NCBI RefSeq assembly: GCF_036321535.1 | Contig: NC_087447.1 | Coordinates: forward strand, 52,268,001-52,332,000 | Source of the DNA: Camelus dromedarius | Taxonomy: Eukaryota | Reading direction: 5' to 3' | Length of the DNA: 64,000 nucleotides | The notes under the pieces: generated by a model | The model's input: the letters and a program-made list of their open reading frames with translations, nothing else | What the model was told of the DNA's origin: nothing | Databases searched by the model: none | Made by a program: the position numbers and the translations under genes | In this document: piece by piece, positions 23,946-37,400 of the stretch | Position numbering within the stretch: the stretch's first letter is position 1 | Layout: the number at the start of each line of letters is the position of its first letter

Positions 23946-26263
23946 CGGTATAGCCGACATTACAGGGTTAAGGGAAGTGAGGACAGATTTCATCACTTAG
24001 GTGAGAACAGGAGAACCAGGGGGAAAAGCAAGACCATCTCCTTAATTATGACAAAATAGGTCAGCAAGCTCCAACAAGCCAGGAGTTGGCAAAGGCACCT
24101 AATTGAACATACATTTTATTTCTCTGAGAGGCACATCCTAATTAAAAGTAGCCTTCTTTGGGGGTTTGTATTAATATCCTTTCATATTTGTATTCAGTTA
24201 TTAAAAATACAGAATTCTGATTGTGAGAGACCTTAGTTCTGGGCAAGCATGATACTCTGCCTCTCTTGAACCGCACCTAAGAGAAATCAGGCTGTGAGCC
24301 CATGGAGCTGTAACTCAGGCACCACTAATGGCTTGATAATCATGTCCCTAAGTTGAAGCCAACATGTCCAGAAAGAGAAAAGAAACAGAGGTCTGGGGCC
24401 TGGCAGACCCTGCCAAGTGTCAGCCTAATTGATGGTGAGGATGGGAACTGGCTCTCCCATGACAGGACACACGGCTGCACCCACAGCCTCCAGATCACTG
24501 CTAACCACCGAACTGCAGCCTCAAATTCCAGAATCAAGGAATCAAGAGCTGGAAAACTTAAGCAATTTGTGCAGGGCCAAAACACAAATTAGTGGCCGAG
24601 ATTCAGAAGGGAGCATACTTTCCACTCTACCTCAGTAGAAGGCATTAAGGGAGGAAACCAACAGCACTGTCCCCGCCAAGACTGTAACGCTGACAGTCCT
24701 GTGGGTTGGGGGCTGAGCAGTGGAGAGGCCACGCCCACACTCACACCCCTGTTAACTGAGTGACACAGTATGGTGGGGACTGGGCTGGGTGCTGAGGGGT
24801 GGAGAAGATTCTGTCCAAGTCCCTGCTTTCCAGGTACTCAGAGACCAGCAGCTGGGACAGACACTTCCAAAGCAAGGACAGCACACAGTGACATTTCCTT
24901 CATCAGAGCTGATGTAGCCCGAGGGCCCCCATCGCCCTCATTTTGCCAAGACAGCAGGACACTGAGCCTGCAGTCACAGTAGAAGCTCGTATATCATGCT
25001 CCATGTTTAATGGGAAGGGATTCTCCCCCTCAATGCTAAGGGCAAAATCGCAAATAAGAGGAAAATGGCCTGAAAACAACTACTGTTGTTTAGAAGGAAG
25101 GACCAGGGTCCTGCAAGAGTTTTAGGGACGAAGGACCAGATTCAGGGGTTTTTATTCTACTCCATTTTCCATGTCAGAGAGCCTCCCAGCCAAGGACCAA
25201 GACAGAGTTTTGAGATGAACTCAAAACCACACAGAGCTTTTCCTTAAGCAGAAAACCCATTTCCAAGCATTCTGGTTAGTGGAGTTTCATCTTTTTCTAA
25301 GTTTTACTTTCCCATAGGGGATTTTATCTCCAGGCTATGTCACTGTGCTTCCAATATAAACTCAGGAAAAAAATGTTTTCTGACCGGAACCACTGAGACC
25401 ACCGCAACCTACCTACCACACACTGCGGTGATCTCAGGAGAAGACACATTTTGTGCAACATGTGGGTAAAAAAGAGATTCCTTAGAACAGGATGCCAAGC
25501 TCCCCGGATACCCACAGGCTTGGGAGGTGGGCAAGGGGGTCCCTCTGAACTGAAAGCTCTTCCACTATGAGGGATGCAAAGGTGCAGAGCTCTCATTTAA
25601 AACATCGAGGCTTGCTGTCCGCCAGAGCTCAGGACCTCTCTGTTCTCAGCAAAACCCCAATCTGCCTGGTCACGCTGTTCATCCAGCCCTTTTACACTGC
25701 TGTTCTCACTCTCTCCAAGCCTTTATCTTCTGTTCTCATCTGCCAGGAGCTGTTGGCTCCAAAAGCAAAGCTAACAAGCAAGTAAAAACACACAAAACCC
25801 CCCAAAACCCTAGTAACAAATCAGCGAGTTGACTCAAGGGAGACTTTAGAAACAAGTATAGGTGTTGGAAAGAAGTGACAAGAAAAGAGATGTGGTTTGT
25901 CATCCAGGATTCCTGTCTTGTCCGTTTCACTCCTTGCTCTTCAAATGTAGCTGCTGGTCCACACATCAGGCCACAGATAACACAAGAAAGGCAGCTGGCA
26001 ACAGCACTGGGCTCAAGATCCAGCCCAGCATGGCCTTCCAGCCCCTCCTGTCACTCCCTTCCCTCCTTTCCCTGCATCTCCGTCCCATCCCTGGTTCAGC
26101 AAGCCCAGTCAGGATGACCTCACACTGGACTCCAGGTGGCATCTGCAGCTTTGAGCAAAAGCAAGATATATCTCCTTGTCAGCCACAGCCCCCAGGACAC
26201 CCAAGTCCCTCTTACTCAAGAGGACAATATCCCACAGACCCCAGAGGGGTGGCAGTTCCTTAC

Positions 26264-26474
26264 CAATGGCGGTGGTGAGAAAAGAAACCACTTCAGACTC
26301 CTTCCCATCGTTGTAAAAAGCCAGGTGCCAGATTCCTGAATCCAAATACTGGATGAAGCCGGTCTCATGGCTAGAGGGGGGCACAACTCCCCGAGACTGG
26401 CGCTGGGGTCCCTCCAGGCTCCGTGCCTCCTGGGTCAGAAGCCTCCTTCCATCCAGCAGCTCCACAAAGTCAAA
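26264..26474 (-). CDS. TENM4: Teneurin-4 coding exon, 211 nt: extracellular pre-EGF domain ([13 protein letters not shown]...[24 protein letters not shown])
   Basis: Lies within ORF 26109..26675(-). Acceptor tctctgtccttcag|TTT, donor ATTG|gtaagg. Phase 0-1. WHLAFYNDG is the conserved teneurin motif. Confidence 0.97.
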
Positions 26475-27179
26475 CTGAAGGACAGAGAGAGCATGATTAG
26501 CAGTGGATCTGCTGCACCACGATGCTAGACTCCTTGAGCTTCTCCCAGGGAGGACACGGGAAACACAACCCGGAGAGGACGCTGAAGTTATGCAAAGACT
26601 GACCAACTCCAACTCCTCCGCAGACCCTGTTTTTCTTATGGTGATAGTCTCCTGATTCTCTTGTGAGTGCAGCATAATCAGTGGATTAAAGTCTCACTTT
26701 GCTTTAATTTTGGGCATGTGTGGTGAGTCCTCACCTGCTGAGTTTGTACTGGGACAACCATGCTTTTCCAGTGGCGGGCATGTGATTAAAAACCCAGCCA
26801 TTTCAGGAGTGTTTGAACGCCAGCTGTGTGCATGCGACAGTGGGAATCCCAGGGGTCTAGGATGGGGACTGCATGTGCCTTAAATGTCAGTTAAGTGCCA
26901 ATGAAAGTATGATTTATATCTGTCATCCTTTTGTCAATGAGCCCTTCTAAATACTCCAGTTTCAGGGAGCAGTTTTAGGGAAACTAAACTGGATTAGCTC
27001 AAAACTCATTTATCAATAATTACACAGTGTCAAATCCAAATGCCTATTGATCCAAGCCTGCTGATGTGAGAGACTGGAGAGCAGTCAGTCACACAGTGTT
27101 AACAACAGGCAGGTGGTTATGTCCTACTGGCCTACTAGCAAGCAAATTGAGCAACTATTTACCTGTCTATCTATCTTAA

Positions 27180-27305
27180 AATAATACTTATTCTGTTTCA
27201 TGTGAAAATGTCTGGAGGTATGAAGTCCAGGATCAGTGCTGCGATTCTATGAAGAAATCGGGGCCCAGGCTCTCTCTAGACTTCTGCAACTCCATGCTTA
27301 GCAAA
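27180..27305 (-). mobile_element. MLT1 (MaLR) LTR fragment
   Basis: aaatgtctggaggtatgaagtccaggatcagtgc...ggggcccaggctctctctagacttctgc, the reverse of MLT1J/K-like 3' sequence. Confidence 0.5.
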
Positions 27306-28020
27306 TGTATTTATCTAGCTTTTACCTAAAATTAAGTAACTATTGGGGCTAGGAAGACTGCATTTGGCCAGGGAGTGTCTGATGGAGGCCTGTGATTTAT
27401 GTTACTCCAATCCCAGGGCTAGGAGCACCTCACACAAGTTTGTTCTTCACCCACCATGACTGGTCATGTGTCAATCATCCGGGATGAATTTTTTAAGTGT
27501 TTCTAGTGCACATGTGTTTGAGTAAATGTGAAACCCTGAAGGAGAGAAGGGATGCAAGAGACTAGTGGGGTAATGTATTCCGAGCCAAGTCCCACACAAG
27601 CTGCCTTAGCCCTGTGAAGCGGGGGTAGTTATTCCCATTTGCTAGGTTAGGAAACTTGCCCGGAAAGGATAAGTTACAGGCTTGAGGTTATACAGCTGGT
27701 AACGAGAGGATTCAAACCCAGGTTTCTCTGACACCAAAGTGCATGCTTTTTGTCCCCTGGATTACATTTCTTGGATAATTTTTAAAGGGCTACTGAGAGA
27801 TTTCCTAGAATTCCTTCCTCTTAAAAAGTCCCAAGGATACAACCCTACTCCTCTCAAAGGTAGGGTCTGAGAGAGGGCAAACGGATGAATGGGCTATAAA
27901 ATACATGAAATTCCCTTCAAGCTCAAGGATCCAGGCTTAAGCATTAGGCTTCCTGACTTTGGGTTAAGATTTGAGGAGGGAACCCTTGGAGATCAGCAGG
28001 GCATGTGGGGTACTGGTTAC

Positions 28021-28235
28021 CTGTGTGTGCGAAGGAGGAAGGCCTTTTCTGCCATAAATGCCAACCAGAGCCGCCTTTCCCAGAGACACATTGAATTTCA
28101 GATGCACAGGGTGGTCTATGAACACCTGAGATCTCCAGAAAGTGCCAGGAGGAATCTTCTGGGAAGCCCGTCTTCCCACGTCGATTTCTCCAGAGTCTAT
28201 AAAACTGTCCTCTGGAAAGAAACTACTGGGCTTTC
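28021..28235 (-). CDS. TENM4: Teneurin-4 coding exon, 215 nt: extracellular pre-EGF domain ([23 protein letters not shown]...[26 protein letters not shown])
   Basis: Lies within ORF 27964..28392(-). Acceptor tcttgttag|GA, donor CAG|gtaacc. Phase 1-0. Contains the N-glycosylation sequon NVS. Confidence 0.97.
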
Positions 28236-31200
28236 CTAACAAGACATGGGGAAGGGAAGACAAAAACATCACCATTAGCCACAGGGGAAATGAGGGATCA
28301 GAGTGTCTGAATGGGTCGGGCTCTCTGCCTCCCACTCCTCTGTGCAACATTCTGCCGCCAGCCCACTCCCTGGCCCCAGACTCCCCCATCAAGGAGTAAG
28401 AATGCCCAGAACATTTTTTCCAGTGATGCTCAAATTGTTCTGCTAAAAATACACATTATTCCAAAGCAGTATGGGTCCTCCCCAAGGGCCATCTGTTTAC
28501 TGCATAATTCTACAGCTTGTTAAGATATATTTTGATCCTAAAAATAATCATTTGCAGTCACATGAGAGTAATAGTCGTTGTGTGACTCTGTGTGTGTGTG
28601 TGTGTAAAAGCATGCATGCTAAAAGAGAAAAGATAGAGGGAACAATACACTGCTACTAAATTTCCAACTCAGGATGGTTCCCCCAGCAGCGGGAAGAAAG
28701 ACCTGCGTGGCGTAAGGTATTTTACAAGTTCACTAGTCTATGTATAATTGGAAGCCAGATTCTGAGGCTAAGACATATGGATGAGGGTTCGTACTGGAGC
28801 AGGGGTAGGGTTGGGGAAGATAAGGAAGAGGATATGTTTGAAGGGATGATCATTTCTGAAAAATCCTTCTTTGTCTTGGAGGGCTCTGAATATCCTTCTT
28901 GTGCTAAAGTGGGTAAAGTTAAGGGGAATGCTCAAGTTCAGGCAGAAAGCTTATGACATACTTAGAAATTCAACCCAGACCCCCAACCCTGCATGTTGCT
29001 GGAGTCAGGGGTGGTCACAAGTAAGGTCTTGTGCACATTTCTGTCACTAATCAGGAGAGTGACAGGTTTCTGGACCAGGAAGGAAGGCTGCTTATCAAAC
29101 TTCCTCTATTAAGTAACTGAACACACTCACATGTGAAAAATATAAACCCAAACTTCCTGCCAGACATCAGCCTTCGGAGGAGTTGGGAGGGGGCAAGAGA
29201 CACGGGGACATTAGAAGACCAGTCTTGGGACGTTGACAAACCAAAATCAAGTCAACAGACTACAACTTATTTGTCATTAGAAAGCATCCCCTGGGTATCT
29301 CAGTTCCAGGGTTTGTTGTGTTAGAGATGTTGGAAGAGACACTTTCTAGAGACCAAGAATCCATTTGCAAAGAAAACATGTTTGTGGGAACTTTTTATAA
29401 AAAGCATTTGGGGAATAAGACATTTGTCTTTTTTCCCTAGCTTTGTAAGATTCCTTACAGAGCACATTTGATGCTGAAATGGAGCCTGGCAGGGCACTGT
29501 TGCAGTCATAAAATATTTTACTGTTTTGAATAATAAAATTCAATTAAAATGTTAAACTTCTCCATATGTTACCACTCCCTTATAAACTTCTAGGCAGAAA
29601 CATCAGGTTTTTAGCTTTGAACCATTAAATGTTATTTTAATTAAAAATATGCCAACAACAAAAATGTTAACATGCACACTCTCTATAAAAGTACCACCAG
29701 TATTTTGTCATTAGCATGGGAAAGAGCTTGCATTTAATTCCTTTACGGAAGGAATGCATCCCAGACTTTTACCTTGAAAATGTAGACACATGCACTGTGG
29801 TTCAAAGTTCAAAGACAGAAGCAAATTCACAAAGCATTAAGGTGGAAGAAAATTACTTTCACATTCTTCCTTATCTGATTTTTGGGTTCCCAATACCACA
29901 ATCCTTTTGTAGTCCAGGTAGAAAATAGTGTACCCTTCAGCTCGTAATTCTGCTAGGGAGGCAGAACTAGGAGGGAGTATGAAACAAAAGCAGGGTGAGT
30001 TCTAAGCTTTTTGCTTCTAGAAACCACAAAGAAATAAGCCCGAGACAGCTAATTCCAAGGACTCATTTCCTCTGTGAGTAGGTGGGAGTCAGAGGTAATG
30101 GGATTTGAGAATTGTCTGCATTCAAATAATTCCTATGTCTGAGAATAAATAATGAAAACTTCTCCCACATTTTGGTGTGCTGCTGGAGAACCCTGCACAG
30201 TTCATTTCCCCTCCAGCGAGCATGCTTTTAGGAGACAGCTATTGTATCAGCTAAGTTCTGTAGCCTCACAGGTCAGGGGCCAAGCCCAGAGACTCTCCAG
30301 AGGTCTGCAGGCCCCAGAGGCATAAATAAGTTGGCTCTTGCCCCAAAGGAGTGGCAAAAGGGAATATTCTTCTCTAGCACTCTAGTATTTCACCAAAGCT
30401 GGCCAAAATGGGAGAGGAAAAAATTGTCTCTGGTGCACATACAATGATACAAAAATAGTAAATTCTGTTTAGGGCACACCCCCCACCAGGACCTTGACTT
30501 TCTTGGCTGAGTCTGCAAGGGCCACTCTAGAGCTTAGGTGCAAAAGTGACCTTTGTGCCAGAAGTCATCCTGTCCAGATCCTTTGGGAAGGGACCAGGGA
30601 CCAGCCTAAAGGCAATGTTTGAGAGGAGAAAGCGCATCCTCATCTGGGGACTTAATTATCATGTGTCCCTAGTGATCCCCACATGGACTAACCAGAGGGG
30701 TGAGATGGGGGCTTCTGGGAGGAAAGACCTACAGCCCACCGGGCCCTACCTCTGCCTGACAGGAAAGAGCCGTGAGACTAGCAGGGCTAAGGGCTGTGCA
30801 GGGTGAAACCACCCTCACCCTTTCCTGTCTTTTAAAAACTCTTACTGCCTTCCTCTTTCCAGATCTTATAACCGAAGACTCTTTGTTCTTAATTCTGAGC
30901 ACCGAGAGGTGAGCACTAGGATAGAAAATATCCTACCACATAGCAAGGCCCACCAGTGGTGGCGTAATAAGAGAGGTAGAGGGTAGAGGCAGCTGGAAAA
31001 GCCCTGTGTATGTAATTCTTTCCATCCCTACCTGTATTCTAGAATAATAATAAATATTAGTAGTAGTAACAGTAACAAAGGTAGAGGTGGTAGTAATAAT
31101 AGTAGCATTACCTTTCATTTATTAAGCCCTAACTACATGCTGGGCACCTTTACACGTATCGGTTCTGTTAATCCTCACACTATTAAGATGTATACACTGA

Positions 31201-34200
31201 GGCTCAGAATGCTTAAGAAACCATTTAGAAACGAACCATTCGGGGCTCCTCTTTACTAACTAGAATATGGCTTGTTAGAACATCAAATTGATAACTGATT
31301 AATTAAAACTCTTCAAAGACATTCTCCACGGTGGCTGAGTGCACTGACCCTCTTTAAGAGCGAGGGTACAATTTAATTCACAGTCCTGGCAGGCTAACTA
31401 TCAAGGCCCACTGAAGAACTCCCTGTCATCCTGGGAAACAAAAATCTACAATTTTTATGAACTAGGACCCACAGACAGGACCCATAGCTAAAGGGAAACA
31501 GTCAGCATGTCAAGACATTCATAAGGACACTATACAATCAGTGGGTGTCCCAGAGGCTTAACAAACAGCACAAAGAGCTTAATTCAGAATCAGGGACCCC
31601 CAACAGCACAATTAGGTTTCACAAGGCAGATTCTAATGGTAACAGTCCTTTTCTTTGAAAGATATACAGATTCCGGAATCCTATGGCAATGCTGTGGAAA
31701 TATGCAAGCATGCCTATAAAAGACATTTCTCCACAAACTGCTGAAATGACTGGATAGCTCAGTCAAATAAGGGAGATTTGGAAGAACTGAAATTCCATTC
31801 ACTTCCCAAATCATAATCTTTATTTTCCTGAACTGAGATTTATCCACATAGGTTCTAAATTTCTAATCAACCAATATTCTCCCCCTCCCTCCACCTTTTT
31901 GATTCTTTTTCAACGCAATAACTTGCACAAAGAAGTCTTTAGTTTCCTTAGCAACTGTTTGAAATTTATTTGGTTATCAAAATAAGCTGTTCCATTTTGG
32001 AGAGCTCAGCTGAGCCTGCGTGCAGAAATTTGCATGGTTCAAACTGATAGGCAATTTTGATTTCATCACAGAAAGAAGAAAATGCTATCCCTAGCCCACC
32101 GATTAAACCATCAGAAATGCTTGTTTATTCAATGCTTTTCCCCACTTCTCCATTAATGCATAACATAAGTTCTTGTGGCTTTACTTCGAAAAGCTGCTGT
32201 ATTTGGTTTCTGTCCATGACAACTCAGAAATGGTTACAGCCACTTTGAAGATATACTATAAATTGCAGTTTGATGTTACTCTCAAAGACATGATGAACAT
32301 GTAAAACACTGGGTTCATCATATATTTCATTTGTATAATAAAGAATTATATATCCTTTAAAGATATTCAAAAATGCCCCAAACTTTGTAGGATCTTTGAG
32401 GAGAAACTGTTAATTAATCTGAATGTCTGAAATTCTAATAACTGACACGGAATGGTTTGGGATTTGGGTGGACAAGAAGAAAGGGACTAACATTTGTTGA
32501 GTGCTCCTTCATAATTAGTCTTTGAAAAGACAGGTATCATCAATCCTTGTTCCACAGATGAGGAAACCAAGGCCAAAGGATGCAGATGGAATAACTGGTA
32601 TGAGTTAACAGAGACAATAAATGGCAGGGCCAGGATACAAACCCTGGACTCTCTGGCTCCAAGGCCCACTTATCCTCTTTCCATCATCCACATTGCTTTC
32701 CCTATCACTGTGGAATGGGGCTCTAATCTTAATTCTGGAATCAGCTCTCCTCTCTGATACCTTTAGAAGGGACAGAAAATATACACTCACATCAGGGTTA
32801 AAGACTTTCCCCCCTGAGATTTGTCTAAGGAACTAGATTTTTAACATCACAATTAAAAATATAAACTGAGTAGACATTGGTTTGACCAAAGCAAAAGAAA
32901 TTAAGAAGAATGTGATCTCACATAAACTATAGGAAGCTTTGTCCTCTGTTTTTCCAGACTGATGCATTTTTTTGTCACACTAATTGCTTTTGATGCTGAC
33001 CACTTTCCAGCACTGCATTGCATTTTAGGGGTTTGTAAACAGGATTTCCATTTGCATTAGTAATGACAGATAATCCCTTTAAGCAAAAATATTCCAATTA
33101 AAGTAAACCAATCAGCTGGTGCAATTTTATTTCGTCTCTTATCTGCACCTTCTGCTCCTTGGGAAAAACAAAACAAAACCTAAACAACCCACAAACTAAT
33201 TTCATTAGAGTGGGCGATTTTAGATAGATCCAACTCCTGTTTAAAGAATGTTTGATAGAGATCATAGAGAGAAAAAAAATTCATTCTGCTAAATGAGATC
33301 CTTTACCAATGCCTTGAAGGTTAAACATATCTTAAATCTGCATTTGCTCACACCCAAATAAAGACAGTCCTCATTTACAGTATTCACCTATGGCATCTGA
33401 CACTAGCACTGACGTGGGAATAACAAGCCAACAGCAGGACCATGGGCAGGGCCAACCTGAAAAAAAATTCTCAAGAACAATGTCATTAATCATATGTTGA
33501 TTCTATTACTAATTTCATATGTAGGGCTTGGGAATTAGAATAGACCTTAGAGATAATCTAGCTCAATAAGCTCCTTTCAAAGAGGAGGAAAATAAAGTCG
33601 AGAAAGTCTTTCAATGGATTTGTTTAAGGTCATCACAAGTGGCAGCAGCTGGACTTGAACCCAGAGCTCTTCCCATGGCCCCAACCACACTCCCTTCATC
33701 TCCTATTAAGGAGCAAAGAAAGTGTAAATCATTCAATGCTTTAAGTCATAAAACTTTTATAAAGGAGAAGGTTGGCTTTGCCCCTCAGAACAGTAGGCAG
33801 AGGTTCTGCTTCCACTCTGTGGAAATGCCCTCAGTTCCCTTAAAGATGAACATAGGTCAAGAGTTGATTTCGGCCTCTAGGATCATTCAGAGATCATGAA
33901 TAGCTACTCGGGCCAAGCATGTGCTACTCTGTGAGCCAAACTGACTCCTAGAAGGCAGATCCTTGAAAGGTCAGGGAAGCTTAGAAGCCACAACCCCAGA
34001 GTTAACTAAGAGGAAAGAAGATGTAAGCAGAGAAGGTTGGAGGCAGCTGTGACCACTGTGCTGAACACCAGAGAGATAAAGCAGGTCACAGAAGAAGGGA
34101 TGGTCACACTGCCCAGAACGACAACCAGAATGGCCCATAAGCTCAGACATCCTTCCGGGGACCAATTTTTGTGCATCTGTGCCACTCTTGGCTGACAGTG

Positions 34201-34399
34201 AAAGAATTTGTGTTGATGGCATGTTAGAAAGACCCCCCAAGAAATTCAGAACATGGGTCCATGATGTCCCATTCAAGATTGCCAACCTCCAAATGTCACC
34301 ACCACTTCCATCACTGATAAGGAAATATTTGTGTCTCATTGTAGAATGGGATTTCTCATCCACATCTCCTTCAGGGTCTTATAACCATGAGGTGAGTCA

Positions 34400-34640
34400 G
34401 GGAGGGCAATTTATGGAGAGAACAAGAAACTTAGAGTCACACAGACCTGGGCTCATGTCCCCGGTTCCACTATTTACTGGCCACGTGAGTCTGGCCAAGT
34501 CACTTAATCAATGTGATCCTTAGTTCTTACATCTAAAATGGGTATAAATAATTATACTTACCTCACAGGATTTCTGTGAGGATTAAATGTGAAATGCTCT
34601 TGACAAAAAGTTTTGAAACAAACACACTGTATAAATACTA
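34400..34640 (+). mobile_element. MIR SINE
   Basis: ttagagtcacacagacctgggctc...ctggccaagtcacttaatc...tacttacctcacaggatttctgtgaggattaaatg. Confidence 0.75.
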
Positions 34641-35165
34641 ATGATTACTGGTATTGTAGATGAGGAAAATGGGGCTCAGGAAAATTAAGTGACTTACTCA
34701 AGGTTACATGGTTGGAACATGCTGGAGCAGCTGAACAGGTGTTTGCATTAAACCACAAGGGTCCAAGGGTATTTCAATTACAGCACACCCTCTACCCATC
34801 CTGATGCACCCGCTCCAGGAGACGCCCACTCATCCCATGAGGTAGCCCGAGAGGGGCTCATCATGATCCCACACAAGCAAAGGCAGCCACCCAGAGGTGT
34901 GAAAGCCCATGACGCTTCCCTTGAGGCATGGGATGGGATGCTGCTGAGCACCATGAGCCTTGCCCAAGCCCCGCGATGAGCTCACAGTGACAAGGAGCTG
35001 CGATGAAGACACAGGTGGCCTGGCAGCCGGCGTGGAGTGCAGAGGGATGGAGGAAGCACCAGAGCATGGAGCTGTGAGTCAGGCACATGGCGCGCATAAT
35101 GGAGGTCTCCTTGGTTCAAAGGTAGACACAGAGGACTCACGACACGGACAACACAGCAACCCTAC

Positions 35166-35336
35166 CTTCTGTGGCTCCTTTGCCTTTCCTGTCAGGGATC
35201 TCTAACCCAGTGCCCCCTGAGGGATACAGGGAGACGTCCGTTGGCACAGGCCAACTGCTGGCTGTGTCCTCCGTGATCTCATACATCTGCCCCTCCATCG
35301 GCTGCAGGTGCCAGTTTAGGCCAAACAGGTGCATGG
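35166..35336 (-). CDS. TENM4: Teneurin-4 coding exon, 171 nt: end of TM helix and extracellular linker ([57 protein letters not shown])
   Basis: Lies within ORF 35137..35349(-). Acceptor ctcaccacag|CC, donor GAAG|gtaggg. Phase 1-1, in frame with both neighbours. Confidence 0.96.
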
Positions 35337-35649
35337 CTGTGGTGAGCAATGAGAAAAGTCATCTTTTTCTGCTGGAGGCGGAAATGGAACTCCCAATGCC
35401 ACAGGGGAGGGCAGGTGAGGGTGGGGAACACAGGAATTCAGTTCGGTTTAGTTTGACAAAGCGCCCCTGAAGAGAGCTCTTGTGGTGCCGAGCCCTACAT
35501 AGGGGACTGGGGTGCAGAGATGCTCCAGGCACAGGACCCTGCCCTTGGGGGCTCATGGTCTAGTGGACCTGGGAGAGGGGCAGGGGTGGGGGAGCTTCAG
35601 AACGTCGTGGCCTTTTGCTTCAAAAGATATATAACAATCTAGAGGGGAA

Positions 35650-36500
35650 AGCTGCAGTTTGTATCACGAAGGGTTAATTTCCTTACTATAAAAATAACTC
35701 CTACAAGTAACAAGCAGAGTCCAACAACTCGGTAGGAAAACAGGCATAGGGTATGAACAGGCAGTTTACAGAATAAGAAATGCAGTTGGCTCTCAGTCCT
35801 CTGAAAAGACTCTAGACGTCACTCGTAGTAGGAGAAATGTAAGTCAAACGTTGGAATGCTATTTTTCACATATGGTTTGGCAAAGATAAAAAAAGGTTGA
35901 AAATATACAGTATTGGAAGAGAACAGGAAATCAGCACTCTCATACTTCGCTGGTGTGAACATAAGCTGGTGCAAACCCTGTGCAGGGCAATTTGACAAAA
36001 GCTATCATATTTAAAATACACATACTCTTTACTCTGGAACTTAGAGGTTCCAATTCTCCTCCAGATATGCTCACACACATGCTAACTGATGTACATACAA
36101 GGTTATTCACTGCAGCATTGTTTGTAACAGCAAAATATTAGAAACCAGTCCATCAATAAGGGGCTAGATAAGTTATGTCTATACAATATACTGTGCAACC
36201 AGAAAAGAGAGTAAGGAAGCTCTTTGTATTTTTCCGGATGGAAAATTGTAACATGCAGAACAGTGTATCTGATATACTACCTTTGGGTGAAAAACAATTC
36301 CTATGTATGTACAGAGTATTTCTGGAAGGATATGAAAGACACTGGTAACAGTGGGTGCATTCTATGAAGGAAACATGTTAAGGGTCTGGGAAAGGAGAGA
36401 GATTTGCTTTTCACTGTATATCTGTTGTACATTTTGATTCTGTGTATTTTTGTGATTTTGTACAATTTTGTGATTTTTATTTTGTGCATTTCTGTTTTAA
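35650..36500 (+). mobile_element. Old L1M (L1ME-like) 3' region
   Basis: ggtatgaacaggcagtttacagaataagaaatgca...ggaaatcagcactctcatacttcgctggtg...caaggttattcactgcagcattgtttgtaacagcaaaa. Confidence 0.75.
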
Positions 36501-37179
36501 AAATATTTTTCCAAGGTAGCAATGGTTAAATACCCTTGGGCAACAATCTAGAAGAGACGACAAGACACCAAAGAATGGACATTGTCCCTTGAGATACACA
36601 ATGCTTGAGAAGGCTGAGAAGTCTCTTTCCAAAAAGGTTTGCCATCCAGTATAAAGTGTCTGCTTAAATCCCGTTTAGGATTCAAGACTTGAGCCTTATC
36701 AGTGGTCCATACTTACCTCTTCTGGGATGCCTTCCTTGATTCCCTACATACAGAGTTAAGTACTCCAGCCCCTGACCCCCACAGCATCCTGTATGTGGCA
36801 CCACTCCTTTGTTCAGTCCATGAACATTTTCTACAAGTCCACTCTGTGCCAGGACCCATGGCTGACCCTGGGGAGCCAGAACTGAATAAGACACCCTTGC
36901 TTCCACACACTCACAGTCAAGTAGTCAGAAGGATTAGAAAGCCCAGAGGAGGGGGTGACTGACACTAGAGGGGTCAGAAGAACACAGAGAAGGATCTATA
37001 GAGATAGGAACGCCCAATGTAATCATGTTTACTGAGGACCAACTGTGTGCCAGGCAGTGTTCCAGGTAATTTGTATACATTATACCTAATCCTCACAGCA
37101 ACCCTGCTAGACCGAATTTACAGATGTGCACATTTAATTAACTCAGATGGTTAACTAAAATTGTGGTAATCATAAAACT

Positions 37180-37400
37180 GACTTCTTGAGTGCTTGCCAT
37201 GTGGCAAGCACTGTGCTAAGAGTAGTAAACACAGTATTTCCTTTAACTCTCACAACAATCCTAACAGGTGATAATCCCATTTGCTGATGAAGAAACTAAG
37301 ACACAGAGACATCAATTAACATTTGGAAGGTTCAATGTCTAACAAGAAGCACAGTCTAGACCAGAATCCCCAACTGTTTCAATCCTGAAATCATACCATC
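37180..37400 (-). mobile_element. MIR SINE
   Basis: ttgagtgcttgccatgtggcaagcactgtgctaag...ctcacaacaatcct...cccatttgctgatgaagaaactaagacacagaga. Confidence 0.7.

Larger units (their letters stand above)
1..26263 (-). other. TENM4: Large TENM4 intron (more than 26 kb, continues beyond the window); next expected exon is the first EGF-repeat exon
   Basis: Starts at the donor of the 211-nt exon. I recognised no cysteine-rich EGF exon in the ORF track or by reading the minus strand. Confidence 0.75.

Noticed and set aside
36425..36500. Degenerate (attttgtg)-like tandem array
   Set aside because: Low-complexity slippage at the 3' end of an old L1M; no higher-order structure.
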